A DNA stretch of 64,000 nucleotides from an uncultured Actinomycetes bacterium (GTDB lineage Bacteria > Actinomycetota > Thermoleophilia > UBA2241), in NCBI GenBank assembly GCA_963767005.1, contig CAVYCN010000002.1:160001-224000 (forward strand), in the 5' to 3' direction. The position numbers were made by a program, and so were the translations under genes. This document shows, in pieces, positions 1 to 10,061 of this stretch (positions are counted from its first letter, which is position 1; each line of letters opens with the position of its first letter). The notes below the pieces were generated by a model. That model worked only from the letters and a program-made list of their open reading frames with translations. It had not been told where the DNA came from and made no database searches.

Positions 1-947
1 ACCTTCACGTTCACGTTGAGCAGCAGCAGGATCACGATGAACAGGCCGATCGTGGCGAGGTTGGCGTGGAGCGCCACGACGCCGAGGAAGATGATGGCGA
101 AGGCCGTGAGCATCTCGAGCGGGTCGAGTGTGACCTCGACGATGCCGCCCTGGATGAGGATGCGACGCTGCGCCTCGCCGAACCGCCTGACGACGCTGGT
201 GACGTTGGCGGTCTCGCGCTCCTCCTGGCCGAGCATCTTGATGAGCCGCAGGCCGCCGATGCGCTCGGAGATGACGGCGTAGGTCTCGTTGTTGAGCTGG
301 GCCGTGTCACGGCCCAGGGCGCGCGAGCGCTTGATGGCGCGGTTCACGAGCAACGAGATGCCGATCAGCGCGGCGATCGTGATCAGCGCCAGCTTGAGCT
401 GCAGCAGGAGCAGCACGGCCACGTACATGAGGATGAGCCCTCCGGTCGAGATCTGGCCGAGCGTGAGGGTGATGGCGCCGCCGCCGCGCTGCACCTGGGC
501 GGTGAGGGTGCTGACGAGGGCGCTGCTGCTCTCGCTCACGACGAACGAGAGGTCGCCGTGGACGAGCGCCGCGAAGCCGCGCGAGCGCAGCCGCACCATC
601 GCCTTCTGGAGCACATGCGACGAGTACCACACGTTCGTCAGGTACACGATCTCGCGCAGGATGATGGGCACGAAGGCCAGCACCAGCAGGTTGAACAGCG
701 AGACCTGCAGACCGAGCGCGCCCAGCAGCCGGTAGAGGAAGGCGCCGAAGAGACCGCCCTTGTGGCTCGCGTTGCCGTACTGGATGTACTGCAGCACCGG
801 CGACAGCATACCGGCGGACACGGCCTGGCAGGCGGCCACGATCACCGACAGCGCGACCAGCACGACGATCTCGCGGTTGGTGATCGACAGGAGGGTCGAG
901 AGCTCGCTGAGCGGCAGGAGCCGACGTCGCTTTCTTGGACCGGTCAC
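1..947 (-). CDS. ABC exporter, permease/ATP-binding fusion, N-terminal transmembrane domain (partial, runs off window)
   Basis: Open minus frame from GTG at 947 (MTGPRKRRRLLPLSELSTLL...) with several hydrophobic helices and an ABC_membrane-like pattern. GGGAG RBS upstream. Absent from the ORF track because the stop lies outside the window. Confidence 0.7.
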   Translation of the reverse strand, partial: MTGPRKRRRLLPLSELSTLLSITNREIVVLVALSVIVAACQAVSAGMLSPVLQYIQYGNASHKGGLFGAFLYRLLGALGLQVSLFNLLVLAFVPIILREIVYLTNVWYSSHVLQKAMVRLRSRGFAALVHGDLSFVVSESSSALVSTLTAQVQRGGGAITLTLGQISTGGLILMYVAVLLLLQLKLALITIAALIGISLLVNRAIKRSRALGRDTAQLNNETYAVISERIGGLRLIKMLGQEERETANVTSVVRRFGEAQRRILIQGGIVEVTLDPLEMLTAFAIIFLGVVALHANLATIGLFIVILLLLNVNVK

Positions 948-1292
948 CGCACTCCCTGCAGCCAGACGACGAGACGGGCCGCCCGCGAAAGGGCCCGAGC
1001 GAGCCGCCTGACACTGCGGGCGCCGGCGGCCGGGCTTCGTGCGGGTGCGGCCCGACACAGTCTAGACGCTCGCGGGCCGCACCCTCAACTCGGAGCCGGG
1101 CCGTGAACGGCCCGGCGCCGCTCGCAGATCCGGCGGCAGGCAGGCAAGAGCGCCTTGCTCGCCACCGCCAGAGTATGATTGCGCGGCCACTGGGCGAGCC
1201 GAGCCCTCGGCCGGGCATGGCGATCGCTCCCGAGGCGTTGTGGGCGGCGCCCGCAAGGGGTCGCGAGTACAGGTGAGGACGGGGGCGAGCAG

Positions 1293-2795
1293 ATGAGCGA
1301 AAACGGGGCGACACACGAGCTGGCCCGCGATCAGGTCGGCCTCATGGCGGCGCTCTTCCAGTCGATCACCTCGATGGCCCCCGGGGCCGCCATCGCGGCG
1401 TCGGTCCCGCTCGGCGCGGCCTTCGCCGGCGGTGCGCTGCCGCTGTCGGTCCTGATCGCCTTCGTCGGCATCCTCTTCACGGCGGGCGCCATCGGGCAGC
1501 TCGCCAAGCACATCCCCGCGGCCGGCTCCGTCGCGACCTACAACGCCGTCGGTCTCTGGCCGCCGATCGGCTTCATGGTCGGCTGGGCGTACGCCGCCGT
1601 CGAGGTGCTGATCGTGCCGCTCGTCATGCTCCAGCTCGGCTACACCGTGGCCGGCGAGTGGCACTCCGAGAGCGCCGGCTTTCCGCTCGGCGCCTGGTGG
1701 GTCTTCATGCTGGCCGGCACGATCCTGGTCTGCTGGCTCGTGTACCGTGGCGTCAGGACATCGACCGAGACCGGCGTCTGGCTCGGCTTCGTCGAGATCA
1801 TCGTGTTCCTCACGCTGGCGATCGTCCTGATCGTGAAGGCCGGCGATCACAACACCCTGGCGGTCTTCGGCACGCACTACGCCAACGCCAAGGGCTTCAC
1901 CGGCTTCTCGGGGGTGTTCGCCGGCGCGGTCGGCGCCCTCCTTGCCTTCTCGGGGTTCGAGGCGGCCGCTCCGCTCGCCGAGGAGACCAGGAACCCGCGT
2001 CGCAACGTGCCGCGCGCCGTGATCGGCGCGACCGTCGCGATCGGCGCGCTCTACATCTTCACCACGTATGCGGCCGACGTCGCCTTCGGGCCGAGCAAGT
2101 TCCTCGGCTTCGCCTCGTCGGCCAACGGCGTGCCCTGGGACGGCCTGGCGCGCACCGTGTCGGGCGTGTTCTGGCTGCTCGTCCTGATCGCCATCATCAA
2201 CTCGACGCTCGCCAACGCGAACTCGGGCACCAACGTCTTCACGCGCACGGCGTACGCGTTCGGCCGGGTGGGCGCCTTCCCGCGCGTCTGCGCCGACCTG
2301 CACCCGAAGTTCAAGTCGCCGCGTGTCGGCGTGCTGATCGAGCTCGTCCTGAGCTGCTCGCTGGGCCTGGGCCTGGGGCTCAAGTACTCGCCCCAGGTCG
2401 CCTTCGGCATCATCGGCACCGGCCTCGTCGTCATGGTCGTGCCGGTCTACATGATCACGAACCTCGCCTGCATCGGGTACTTCGCGCGGCACCGCAAGGA
2501 GGAACAGCACCTGCTCTACCACGTGGTCGTGCCGCTGGTCGGCTTCGCCTTCCTGCTGCCCGGTTTCATGAGCGCGGCCGGCATCACCGGCGTCCCCGGC
2601 CTCAAGTTCATCGTGGCCCTCGCCTCGCCGTACAAGTACGCGGCCTACGGCATGGCGGCGTGGGCCGTCGTCGGCGTGATCGTGCTGCTCGTGCTGAACT
2701 CGCGCAACGCCCGCGCCGTGGCCGCCGTGGCCCAGATCCATTTCGAGGACGACGTCACCGTCGCCGCACCGGGAGCGGCCCCAAAGGGCAAGTAG
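1293..2795 (+). CDS. APC-family amino acid/amine permease
   Basis: About 12 TM helices with APC-type motifs SMAPG, AGSVATY and GFEAAAPLAEETRNPRRNVPRA. Confidence 0.9.
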   Translation: MSENGATHELARDQVGLMAALFQSITSMAPGAAIAASVPLGAAFAGGALPLSVLIAFVGILFTAGAIGQLAKHIPAAGSVATYNAVGLWPPIGFMVGWAYAAVEVLIVPLVMLQLGYTVAGEWHSESAGFPLGAWWVFMLAGTILVCWLVYRGVRTSTETGVWLGFVEIIVFLTLAIVLIVKAGDHNTLAVFGTHYANAKGFTGFSGVFAGAVGALLAFSGFEAAAPLAEETRNPRRNVPRAVIGATVAIGALYIFTTYAADVAFGPSKFLGFASSANGVPWDGLARTVSGVFWLLVLIAIINSTLANANSGTNVFTRTAYAFGRVGAFPRVCADLHPKFKSPRVGVLIELVLSCSLGLGLGLKYSPQVAFGIIGTGLVVMVVPVYMITNLACIGYFARHRKEEQHLLYHVVVPLVGFAFLLPGFMSAAGITGVPGLKFIVALASPYKYAAYGMAAWAVVGVIVLLVLNSRNARAVAAVAQIHFEDDVTVAAPGAAPKGK

Positions 2796-2829
2796 TGGGG
2801 TAACGACCGCAGTTCGAGGAGGCACAGGC

Positions 2830-3732
2830 ATGACAACGCTCACCGTGAGCAAGGACCACAGCATCCTGCGGATGTCGCGCCACGCGGCGCCGGTGGCGCG
2901 CATCGCCTCGGGTGACAGCATCCGGCTCGAGACGGCCGACTGCTTTTCGGACCAGGTCACCGGGCCGGCCGACGTCAGGGGCCTCGACTGGGACACGGTC
3001 AACCCGGCCACCGGCCCGATCCTGATCGAGGACGCCGGGCCCGGCGACGTGCTCGCCGTGCGCATCGAGCGCCTCGAGACGAGCGGCCACGGCATCATGT
3101 GCACCGGCGGCGGCTGGGGCGTGCTCGGCGACCGCATCGACGAGCTGACCTGGCGCTTCCTCGACGTCGGCAGCGCCGGCGCGAGCTGGGAAGGCGGCCC
3201 GGCCGTGCCGCTCAAGCCCATGATCGGCGTCATCGGCGTGGCGCCGGCCGGCGCCGACGTGCCGTGTGGCACGCCGGGTCCGCACGGCGGCAACATGGAC
3301 ACCCGCCTGATCGGCGAGGGCGCCACGCTGTACCTGCCCGTGCAGGTGCCCGGCGCGCTGCTCGCCGCCGGCGACCTGCACGCCGCCATGGGCGACGGCG
3401 AGGTCGCCGTGACCGGCGTCGAGGTGGCCGGAGCCGTCACGCTGCGGGTGACGCTGCGCCGCGACCTGCGGCTGAGCGACCCGGTGGTCGAAAACGACGA
3501 GCTCGTCGCCGCCATCGCGTCGGCCGCGACGCTCGACGAGGCGGCCGCCCTGGCGACCCGTGCCATGGCCGACCTGCTCCACGAGCGCCTCGGCCTCGAC
3601 ATGGCCGAGGCCGTGATGCTCATGAGCGCGGGCGGCCACGTGCGCGTTTCGCAGATGGTCGACCCGCTGCGTACCGTGCGGTTCGAGATGCCCAAGGCGC
3701 TCTACGAGTCGTCCCACGGGGCGCTGCTGTAG
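2830..3732 (+). CDS. Acetamidase/formamidase family amidohydrolase
   Basis: NPATGPI, PGPHGGNMD and GDLHAAMGDGE motifs. GAGGAGG RBS. Confidence 0.9.
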   Translation: MTTLTVSKDHSILRMSRHAAPVARIASGDSIRLETADCFSDQVTGPADVRGLDWDTVNPATGPILIEDAGPGDVLAVRIERLETSGHGIMCTGGGWGVLGDRIDELTWRFLDVGSAGASWEGGPAVPLKPMIGVIGVAPAGADVPCGTPGPHGGNMDTRLIGEGATLYLPVQVPGALLAAGDLHAAMGDGEVAVTGVEVAGAVTLRVTLRRDLRLSDPVVENDELVAAIASAATLDEAAALATRAMADLLHERLGLDMAEAVMLMSAGGHVRVSQMVDPLRTVRFEMPKALYESSHGALL

Positions 3733-3739
3733 GCCGGCG

Positions 3740-3775
3740 GGCGGCGGTGGCCGGCTGCAGCCGGCCACCGCCGCC
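3740..3775 (+). terminator. Perfect 36-bp GC-rich palindrome (U-less terminator-like)
   Basis: GGCGGCGGTGGCCGGCTG|CAGCCGGCCACCGCCGCC directly after the amidase stop. Confidence 0.6.
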
Positions 3776-4057
3776 GATCGCCGCGAGGACCCGGCCAAAA
3801 CGGGTACACTTACCGGTGAAAGCGCCGACTCTCAGAGGCGCACAGATTGGCACATGCCGATCGCCCGGCGCACAGCGGCGAAGCGCCCTGGCACCGGGGG
3901 ACGGACCGGTCTGTGAGGACCCCGCCTTCAGTACGAAATAGAGCGACTTCTACTGGTTGCAGCACATGGCGGCGTCCCGTAGGCTTGTGCCGTCCGAGCG
4001 AAGCTCAGGTGTGCACAGATTCCACCATGAGCCACAACCCAGAGGCTAGGGAGAGAC

Positions 4058-5269
4058 ATGAAGGAACGGAATCTTCTCGAGGATCTGGTCGCGGTCAGTC
4101 CCGGCATGGAGATCTGGTGGGATTCTTCGCCGGTCATCTTCGGCAACTGGTGCAAGAAGATGCTCGCGAAGGCCGAGCCCGGCGACCAGGGCACGCTCAA
4201 GGCCCAGTTCGCCCGCATGTACGACACCGGCGACCCGCAGCATCAGCTCTTCCGCGGCGTCACCACCAACCCGCCCCTTTCGCTCGCGGCCTTCAAGGAC
4301 GACCCGCCCTACTGGCGGGCCGTGGCCGCCGACATCCTCAAGCAGCACAGCGACCTCGACGTCGAGGGCCTCTTCTGGGTGCTCTACAAAGAGGTCGTCA
4401 AGCGCGGTTCCGACATGTTCCTGCCGCTCTTCGAGGCCTCGGGCCACAAAGAGGGCTTCCTCTCCGGCCAGTGCGACCCGCGCAGCGCCTTCGACAAGGA
4501 CGCCATGCTCAAGCAGGCCGCCGAGATCCACGCGGTCAACCCGAACGTCATGGTCAAGGTGCCCGGCACCGCCGAGGGCTACGAAGTGATCGAGGAGCTC
4601 ACGGCACAGGGCATCGCCACCAACAACACGCTCACCTTCGTGCTGCCCCAGCTCATGGACTGCGCCAAGTCGGTCATGCGCGGCCTCGAGAGGGCCCGCG
4701 CCAACGGCGTCGACCTCTCGAACTGGCGCTCGGTCATCACGCACATGGAGGCCCGCTACGGCGACCTCGGCGGCCTGCGCGAGTTCGGCGCCGAGAAGGG
4801 CATCGAGGTCACCGAGGGCGAGGTCCGCCTGGCCGAGCTTGCCATCTTCAAGAAGGCCTACCGGATCCTGAGCGAGCGCGCCTACCAGAGCAAGATGCTG
4901 TCCTGCTCCCTGCGCGTGGGCCCGACGGTCGATGGCAAGCTGCGTCTCTGGCACCTCGAAGAGAAGGCCGGCGCGGCCGTCGTCGTCACCTGCCCGCCGA
5001 GCTTCATCGACGAGTGCATCAACTTCCCGGATGCCGAGAACATCAGGTTCGAGCCGCACCGCATCGACGTCGATCCGCCGAAGGCGGTCATGGACAAGCT
5101 CATGCGCATCCCGTACTTCGAGCGCGCTTACGAAGAGGACGGCTACACGAGGGCCGAGTACAACACTCATCCCGCTCTCATGAAGACTGCCGACGCGTTC
5201 TCAAAGGCGACGCAGGAGATGGTCGACTTCGCCGCGAGCTGCCTCGAGGGCAGCCGCGTCAGCGCCTGA
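4058..5269 (+). CDS. Atypical transaldolase-family protein
   Basis: WWDS, GVTTNPPL, VMVKVP (Schiff-base Lys) and NNTLTF motifs. Divergent from the canonical Tal at 22347. Confidence 0.8.
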   Translation: MKERNLLEDLVAVSPGMEIWWDSSPVIFGNWCKKMLAKAEPGDQGTLKAQFARMYDTGDPQHQLFRGVTTNPPLSLAAFKDDPPYWRAVAADILKQHSDLDVEGLFWVLYKEVVKRGSDMFLPLFEASGHKEGFLSGQCDPRSAFDKDAMLKQAAEIHAVNPNVMVKVPGTAEGYEVIEELTAQGIATNNTLTFVLPQLMDCAKSVMRGLERARANGVDLSNWRSVITHMEARYGDLGGLREFGAEKGIEVTEGEVRLAELAIFKKAYRILSERAYQSKMLSCSLRVGPTVDGKLRLWHLEEKAGAAVVVTCPPSFIDECINFPDAENIRFEPHRIDVDPPKAVMDKLMRIPYFERAYEEDGYTRAEYNTHPALMKTADAFSKATQEMVDFAASCLEGSRVSA

Positions 5270-5292
5270 CTTCTAGGCCCGACGAAAGGACG

Positions 5293-6399
5293 ATGAGAAT
5301 GGCGAACGAGACCAAGCAGGTTCAGGACCTGTTCGTGCCCTGGCTCCTCACGGCGCCCGAGTACAACACGAGCATCCTCGACAAGGCCTGGGCGCAGCCT
5401 GAGATGGGCCGCATGATGCTGAACGAGAACCCGGTGCCGCCGTCCGAGAAGGTCGTCGAGGCGATCACCGAGATCGCCAAGAAGGGTAACCGCTACCCCG
5501 ACCGCATGTACCGGCTGCGCAGCAAGCTGGGCGCCCTGCACGGGGTCGCGGCCGAGAACATCGCCGTCGCCAACGGCTCGTCCGAGACGATCGACGCGAT
5601 GATGCGCATCTTCCTGAAGCCGGGCGACGAGTTCCTCTGCTCGATCCCGACCTTCGAGATGTTCCCCTCGCGGGCCGGCCTGTGCGGCGCCAGCACGGTC
5701 CAGGTGCCGCTCCGTGAGCCCGACCTGCAGTACGACGTGCCGGGCATGCTCGACGCCGTGAACGACAGGACCAAGCTCATCCTCATCATCAACCCGAACA
5801 ACCCGACGGGCATCTTCATCGACGACGCCGACCTCATCAAGTTCTGTGAGCTCGGCATCCCGCTCTGCATCGACGAGGCCTACCTCGACTACCACCCGCA
5901 GGTCGGCGCCAAGATCGATCTCGTCAAGAAGTATCCGCACGTGTTCCTGTCGCACACGTTCTCGAAGGCCTTCGGCCTGGCCGGCGTGCGCTTCGGCTAC
6001 GTCGTCGGCTCGCCCGACGTCATCGAGGCCTTCAACCTCATGTACCTGCCGTGGAACGTGAGCCTGCTGGCCCAGGCCGCCGCCGAGGTCATCCTCGACA
6101 CCGGCGAGGTCAAGGCGAAGGTCGTCTACAACAACGAGTGGATGGCCACCTTCGTCAAGGAGCTCGAAGCGGTCGGCTGCAAGCCGTTCGCGCCGCACGG
6201 CAACTACATGCTGATCGACGCCTCGGCGAGCGGCAAGACGAGCGCCGAGATCGTCCAGGCCGGCGCCGACATGGAAAAGCTCTTCCTCAAGACCATCAAG
6301 CCGATCAACGGCAAGGAAGGCTACTTCCGCATCACGCCCGGTACGCCCGAGGAGTGCGAGCGCTTCGTGCGCTTCGTGCGCAACTACTTCGGCAAGTAG
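5293..6399 (+). CDS. Class I/II PLP enzyme, HisC/CobD-like
   Basis: LNENP, NRYPD, NGSSE, NPNNPTG, DEAY and TFSKAFGLAGVRFGY motifs. AAAGGA RBS. Confidence 0.85.
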   Translation: MRMANETKQVQDLFVPWLLTAPEYNTSILDKAWAQPEMGRMMLNENPVPPSEKVVEAITEIAKKGNRYPDRMYRLRSKLGALHGVAAENIAVANGSSETIDAMMRIFLKPGDEFLCSIPTFEMFPSRAGLCGASTVQVPLREPDLQYDVPGMLDAVNDRTKLILIINPNNPTGIFIDDADLIKFCELGIPLCIDEAYLDYHPQVGAKIDLVKKYPHVFLSHTFSKAFGLAGVRFGYVVGSPDVIEAFNLMYLPWNVSLLAQAAAEVILDTGEVKAKVVYNNEWMATFVKELEAVGCKPFAPHGNYMLIDASASGKTSAEIVQAGADMEKLFLKTIKPINGKEGYFRITPGTPEECERFVRFVRNYFGK

Positions 6400-6440
6400 T
6401 GGGCAACGCGGACGAGAGCGTCCGTCGCCCGTAGGCAGGC

Positions 6441-6475
6441 CATGCCCTCCCCCCGTGGAGCGGGGGGAGGGCATG
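6441..6475 (+). terminator. Intergenic GC hairpin
   Basis: CATGCCCTCCCCCCG-TGGAG-CGGGGGGAGGGCATG. Confidence 0.5.
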
Positions 6476-6516
6476 TGCGCAAGATGGGGACGACAAGGGA
6501 CAGCGAAAGGACACCC

Positions 6517-8556
6517 ATGAGCCCTGAGGCGAGCGCTTTGACCCTCGAAGAGCGGTGCGTCGACACCGTCCGGTTCCTCGCCGTCGACGGCGTGGAGAAG
6601 GCCAAGTCGGGCCATCCCGGCATGCCCATGGGGGCCGCGCCCGTGGCGCACACGCTCTTCACCCGCCACCTGCGCTTCGACCCGGCCGACCCGGCCTGGC
6701 CCGATCGCGACCGCTTCGTGCTGTCGGCCGGTCACGCCAGCATGCTGCTCTACGCGATGCTGCACCTGACCGGCTACGACCTGACGCTCGACGACCTGCG
6801 CGCCTTCAGGCAGTGGGGCAGCAAGACGCCGGGGCATCCCGAGTACGGCCACACGCCCGGCGTCGAGACCACGACCGGCCCTCTGGGCCAGGGTCTCGCC
6901 AACGCCGTCGGCATGGCCATGGCCGAGCGCTTTCTGGCCGCCACCTTCAACGGCGACGGCCCCGCCGTGGTCGATCACTTCACCTACGTGCTGGCCGGCG
7001 ACGGCTGCATGATGGAGGGGATCACGAGCGAGGCCGCCTCGCTCGGCGGTCACCAGAAGCTCGGCAAGCTGGTCGTCCTCTACGACGACAACCACGTGAC
7101 GATCGACGGCTCGACCGACCTCGCCTTCACCGAGGACGTCTGCGCCCGCTACGCCGCCTACGGCTGGCACGTGCAGAAGGTCGCCGACGGCACCGACCTG
7201 GACGCCGTCGACGCGGCCATCGCGGCGGCCAAGGCCGAGACCGACCGGCCCTCCATCATCGCCGTGCGCACCCACATCGGGTTCGGCTCGCCGCACAAGC
7301 AGGACAAGGCCGCTGCGCACGGCGCGCCGCTCGGCGCCGACGAGGTCAAGCTGACCAAGGAGGCCCGCGGCTGGCCGCTCGAGCCCACGTTCTTCGTGGC
7401 CGACGACGTCAGGGAGTTCTACGGTCAGGCCGCGCGACGCGGCGCGGCCGCGCATGCGGCGTGGCGCGAGCGTCACGCCGCCTGGAGCGCGGCCGACCCG
7501 ACCCGCGCCGCCGCCTGGTCGGCCGCCTGGAGCCGTGAGCTGCCGACCGGCTGGGACGCCGACCTGCCGGCCTACGCCGCCGGCGATGACCCGATCGCCA
7601 CGCGCTCGGTGTCGGGTAAGGTCATCAACGCCCTCGCGCCGCATCTGCCGACCCTGATCGGCGGCTCGGCCGACCTCGCGCCGTCCAACAACACGCTCAT
7701 CAAGGACGTGGCCGACCTGCAGGCCGCCACGCCGGCGGGGCGCAACCTGCACTTCGGCGTGCGCGAGCTCGCCATGGCGGCCATCGGCAACGGCCTGGCG
7801 GCCCACGGCGGCATCCGGCCCTACGTGGCGACGTTCTTCGTGTTCGTCGACTACATGCGGCCGGCCATGCGCCTGTCGGCGCTCATGGGCCTGCCCGTCA
7901 CGTACATCCTCACGCACGACAGCGTGGGCGTGGGCGAGGACGGCCCGACGCACCAGCCGATCGAGCACCTCGCCATGCTGCGCGCCACGCCGAACTTCAT
8001 CGACCTGCGTCCGGCCGACGCGGCCGAGACGGTCGAGGCCTGGCGGATCGCGATCGAAGAGGGATCGGCGCCGGTCGGCCTCATGCTGACGCGTCAGAAC
8101 CTGCCGGTGATCGACCGCGCGGTCTACGGTGCGGCCGGCGGCGTGCGGCGCGGCGCCTACGTGCTCGCCGACTCAGGCGTCGGCGCACCCGACGTCATCC
8201 TGCTGGCGAGCGGCAGCGAGGTGCATCTGGCCCTCGCCGCCTACGAGCGCCTGATCGCCGAGGGCGTGCGTGCCCGCGTCGTGAACCTGGCGTCGTTCCG
8301 CCTGTTCGAGCGTCAGGATGCCGCCTATCGCGAGTCCGTGCTGCCGGCGGCCTGCCGTTGCCGCCTGGCCGTCGAGGCCGCCGCGAGCTTCGGCTGGGAC
8401 CGCTGGGTGGGCGACGGCGGCGAGATCATCGCCATCGATCGCTTCGGCGCCTCGGCGCCGGCCGGCACCATCTTCGCCGAGCTCGGCTTCAGCGTCGACA
8501 ACGTCTATGAGCGCGCCAAGGCGCTCGTCGGCGCCGCGACCGCGCCGGTCGTCTAG
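6517..8556 (+). CDS. tkt: Transketolase
   Basis: [27 protein letters not shown] (TPP binding), HFGVRE and GEDGPTHQP motifs. Confidence 0.97.
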   Translation: MSPEASALTLEERCVDTVRFLAVDGVEKAKSGHPGMPMGAAPVAHTLFTRHLRFDPADPAWPDRDRFVLSAGHASMLLYAMLHLTGYDLTLDDLRAFRQWGSKTPGHPEYGHTPGVETTTGPLGQGLANAVGMAMAERFLAATFNGDGPAVVDHFTYVLAGDGCMMEGITSEAASLGGHQKLGKLVVLYDDNHVTIDGSTDLAFTEDVCARYAAYGWHVQKVADGTDLDAVDAAIAAAKAETDRPSIIAVRTHIGFGSPHKQDKAAAHGAPLGADEVKLTKEARGWPLEPTFFVADDVREFYGQAARRGAAAHAAWRERHAAWSAADPTRAAAWSAAWSRELPTGWDADLPAYAAGDDPIATRSVSGKVINALAPHLPTLIGGSADLAPSNNTLIKDVADLQAATPAGRNLHFGVRELAMAAIGNGLAAHGGIRPYVATFFVFVDYMRPAMRLSALMGLPVTYILTHDSVGVGEDGPTHQPIEHLAMLRATPNFIDLRPADAAETVEAWRIAIEEGSAPVGLMLTRQNLPVIDRAVYGAAGGVRRGAYVLADSGVGAPDVILLASGSEVHLALAAYERLIAEGVRARVVNLASFRLFERQDAAYRESVLPAACRCRLAVEAAASFGWDRWVGDGGEIIAIDRFGASAPAGTIFAELGFSVDNVYERAKALVGAATAPVV

Positions 8557-8572
8557 GCGGGACGAGACCACC

Positions 8573-8622
8573 CGGCGGCGGGACGGCGCGGCCCCGAACG
8601 GGGCCGCGCCGTCCCGCCGCCG
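8573..8622 (+). terminator. 23-bp perfect stem with GAAC loop
   Basis: CGGCGGCGGGACGGCGCGGCCCC-GAAC-GGGGCCGCGCCGTCCCGCCGCCG after tkt. Confidence 0.7.
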
Positions 8623-8685
8623 CATCTCGAGACGTCCTGCCGGTCCCACTGTCCGGCCACTGCCCCCGGCGGGCATACTGGCGGC

Positions 8686-9153
8686 ATGTTCGGTTCCCGC
8701 ATGTTCCGGCGGCGCCAGGACGGCGTGGCCGTCAACGACGAGGAGATCGAGGGCTTGCGCGAGCTCTACCGCGGACTGGGCCCCGGCTTTCCACCGGCCG
8801 GGTCGCGGCTGTTCGACGACGAGGCCGGGACCGGCGGCAGCGAGTGGCATGTGAAGGTCTTCGGCCGGGTCGCCCGGTGCCTGCGGGCCGGCGATCTCAC
8901 GAGCACCGACCTGTTCGCCCTGCCGGGTAGCTGGGAGGTCATGCGGGCCGAGATCAGGGGGTTGCGGGCCGGACGCGACACGGTCACCGTGAGCGGCTTC
9001 CTGTACTGTCGACCGCGCGGTAGCTGGGAACACCTGCGCCTGCCGCTGCTGCACGTCTGGACGCTGCGCCTGGGCCGGGCGCTACGCTTCGAGAACCTCC
9101 TCGACGGCATCGAGCTGAGCCTCGCCGAGGGCGCGGCGAGCCGCGCCGCCTGA
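8686..9153 (+). CDS. NTF2/SnoaL-like protein
   Basis: C-terminal LHVWTLRLGRALRFENLLD resembles the terminal strands of SnoaL-like proteins. Confidence 0.55.
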   Translation: MFGSRMFRRRQDGVAVNDEEIEGLRELYRGLGPGFPPAGSRLFDDEAGTGGSEWHVKVFGRVARCLRAGDLTSTDLFALPGSWEVMRAEIRGLRAGRDTVTVSGFLYCRPRGSWEHLRLPLLHVWTLRLGRALRFENLLDGIELSLAEGAASRAA

Positions 9154-9231
9154 CCCCGCGTCCCCTGACTCCGCGCCGCCTGACTCCGTAGCGCCGCTGG
9201 TGGCCCGGCGTCGGCTCATCCGACCGTCCGC

Positions 9232-9930
9232 CTACCAGCCGACCCGCCCGCCGTCGCGCGCGACCTTGTCGCGGCAGACGTGGCCGATGGCGTCGAGCAC
9301 TGTGCGCGCCACGAGGTGGCTGACCGGGGTCGCCGGGCCGGCGTAGGGCAGAGGGGTGCCGCGCCCGGTGCAGGCGACGACGACGGCGTCGGTCGACGTG
9401 CCGGTCGCCCGGTCGCCGTCCGGCGTGCGCACGTCCCACTCCGCGAGCACGGCCGTCTTCGCCTCGGTCGCCGTGATGACGGCGTTGACCATCGCCGCGT
9501 CGGTGAGGCGGCCGTCGACCAGCACGATCGCGTTGATGGTGCCGGGCGCGAGCGGCGCCGGAGGCGTGAGCCCCGCGCGCGCCGTGTTGCTGAGGCCGAC
9601 CGACACCACGCTCGCCACGGTGAGGTCGGCGGCGCGGGCGACGCTGAGGCGGGCTTGCTGCGTCGCCGCGGCCGTCATGAGGCCGACGAAGCCGTCGCCG
9701 ACGCCGAGACCCGCGGCAAAGGCAGCGAGCTCGGCCTGGGGCGACGAGTCGGGAGCGACATCGTCGACGTGCATGTTGACGACGTCGCACGTGCGGGCGA
9801 AGCCGCCGCATGCCAGGGCGGAGCTCAGCACGTACAGGGGCCGGTCGCTGCGTACGAGCACGGCGCGCTCGTCGACGGTCACGACGACGCCGGGGATGGT
9901 GGTGTCGAGCTGGTCGAGCGGGCGACTCAC
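9232..9930 (-). CDS. cbiZ: Adenosylcobinamide amidohydrolase
   Basis: LSSA..GG, GLMTAA, VGLSN, GTINAI, TATEAK and ATGTSTDA motifs. Confidence 0.9.
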   Translation of the reverse strand: MSRPLDQLDTTIPGVVVTVDERAVLVRSDRPLYVLSSALACGGFARTCDVVNMHVDDVAPDSSPQAELAAFAAGLGVGDGFVGLMTAAATQQARLSVARAADLTVASVVSVGLSNTARAGLTPPAPLAPGTINAIVLVDGRLTDAAMVNAVITATEAKTAVLAEWDVRTPDGDRATGTSTDAVVVACTGRGTPLPYAGPATPVSHLVARTVLDAIGHVCRDKVARDGGRVGW

Positions 9931-10061
9931 TGGTCGGCGACCTCGGTCGTATCGGCGACGGCAGGGGCGCGCGCCATCGTACCTCACGGGGCGGGCCGCC
10001 GTCGCCCGGCGGCCGCACCGCGGTTGACGGCGGCGCGCGGCCTGCACTAGCCTCCGCGTCC

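Noticed and set aside
3810-4020. Possible glycine riboswitch (CTCTCAG and AAGCTCAGGT...ACAGA fragments)
   Set aside because: The GGAGA and CCGAAG core elements are missing in the required order, and the downstream genes are unrelated to glycine.
9931-10061. Cobalamin riboswitch between cbiZ and cbiB
   Set aside because: The region is only about 130 bp and shows no B12-box or GGGAA...GCCACTG signature.
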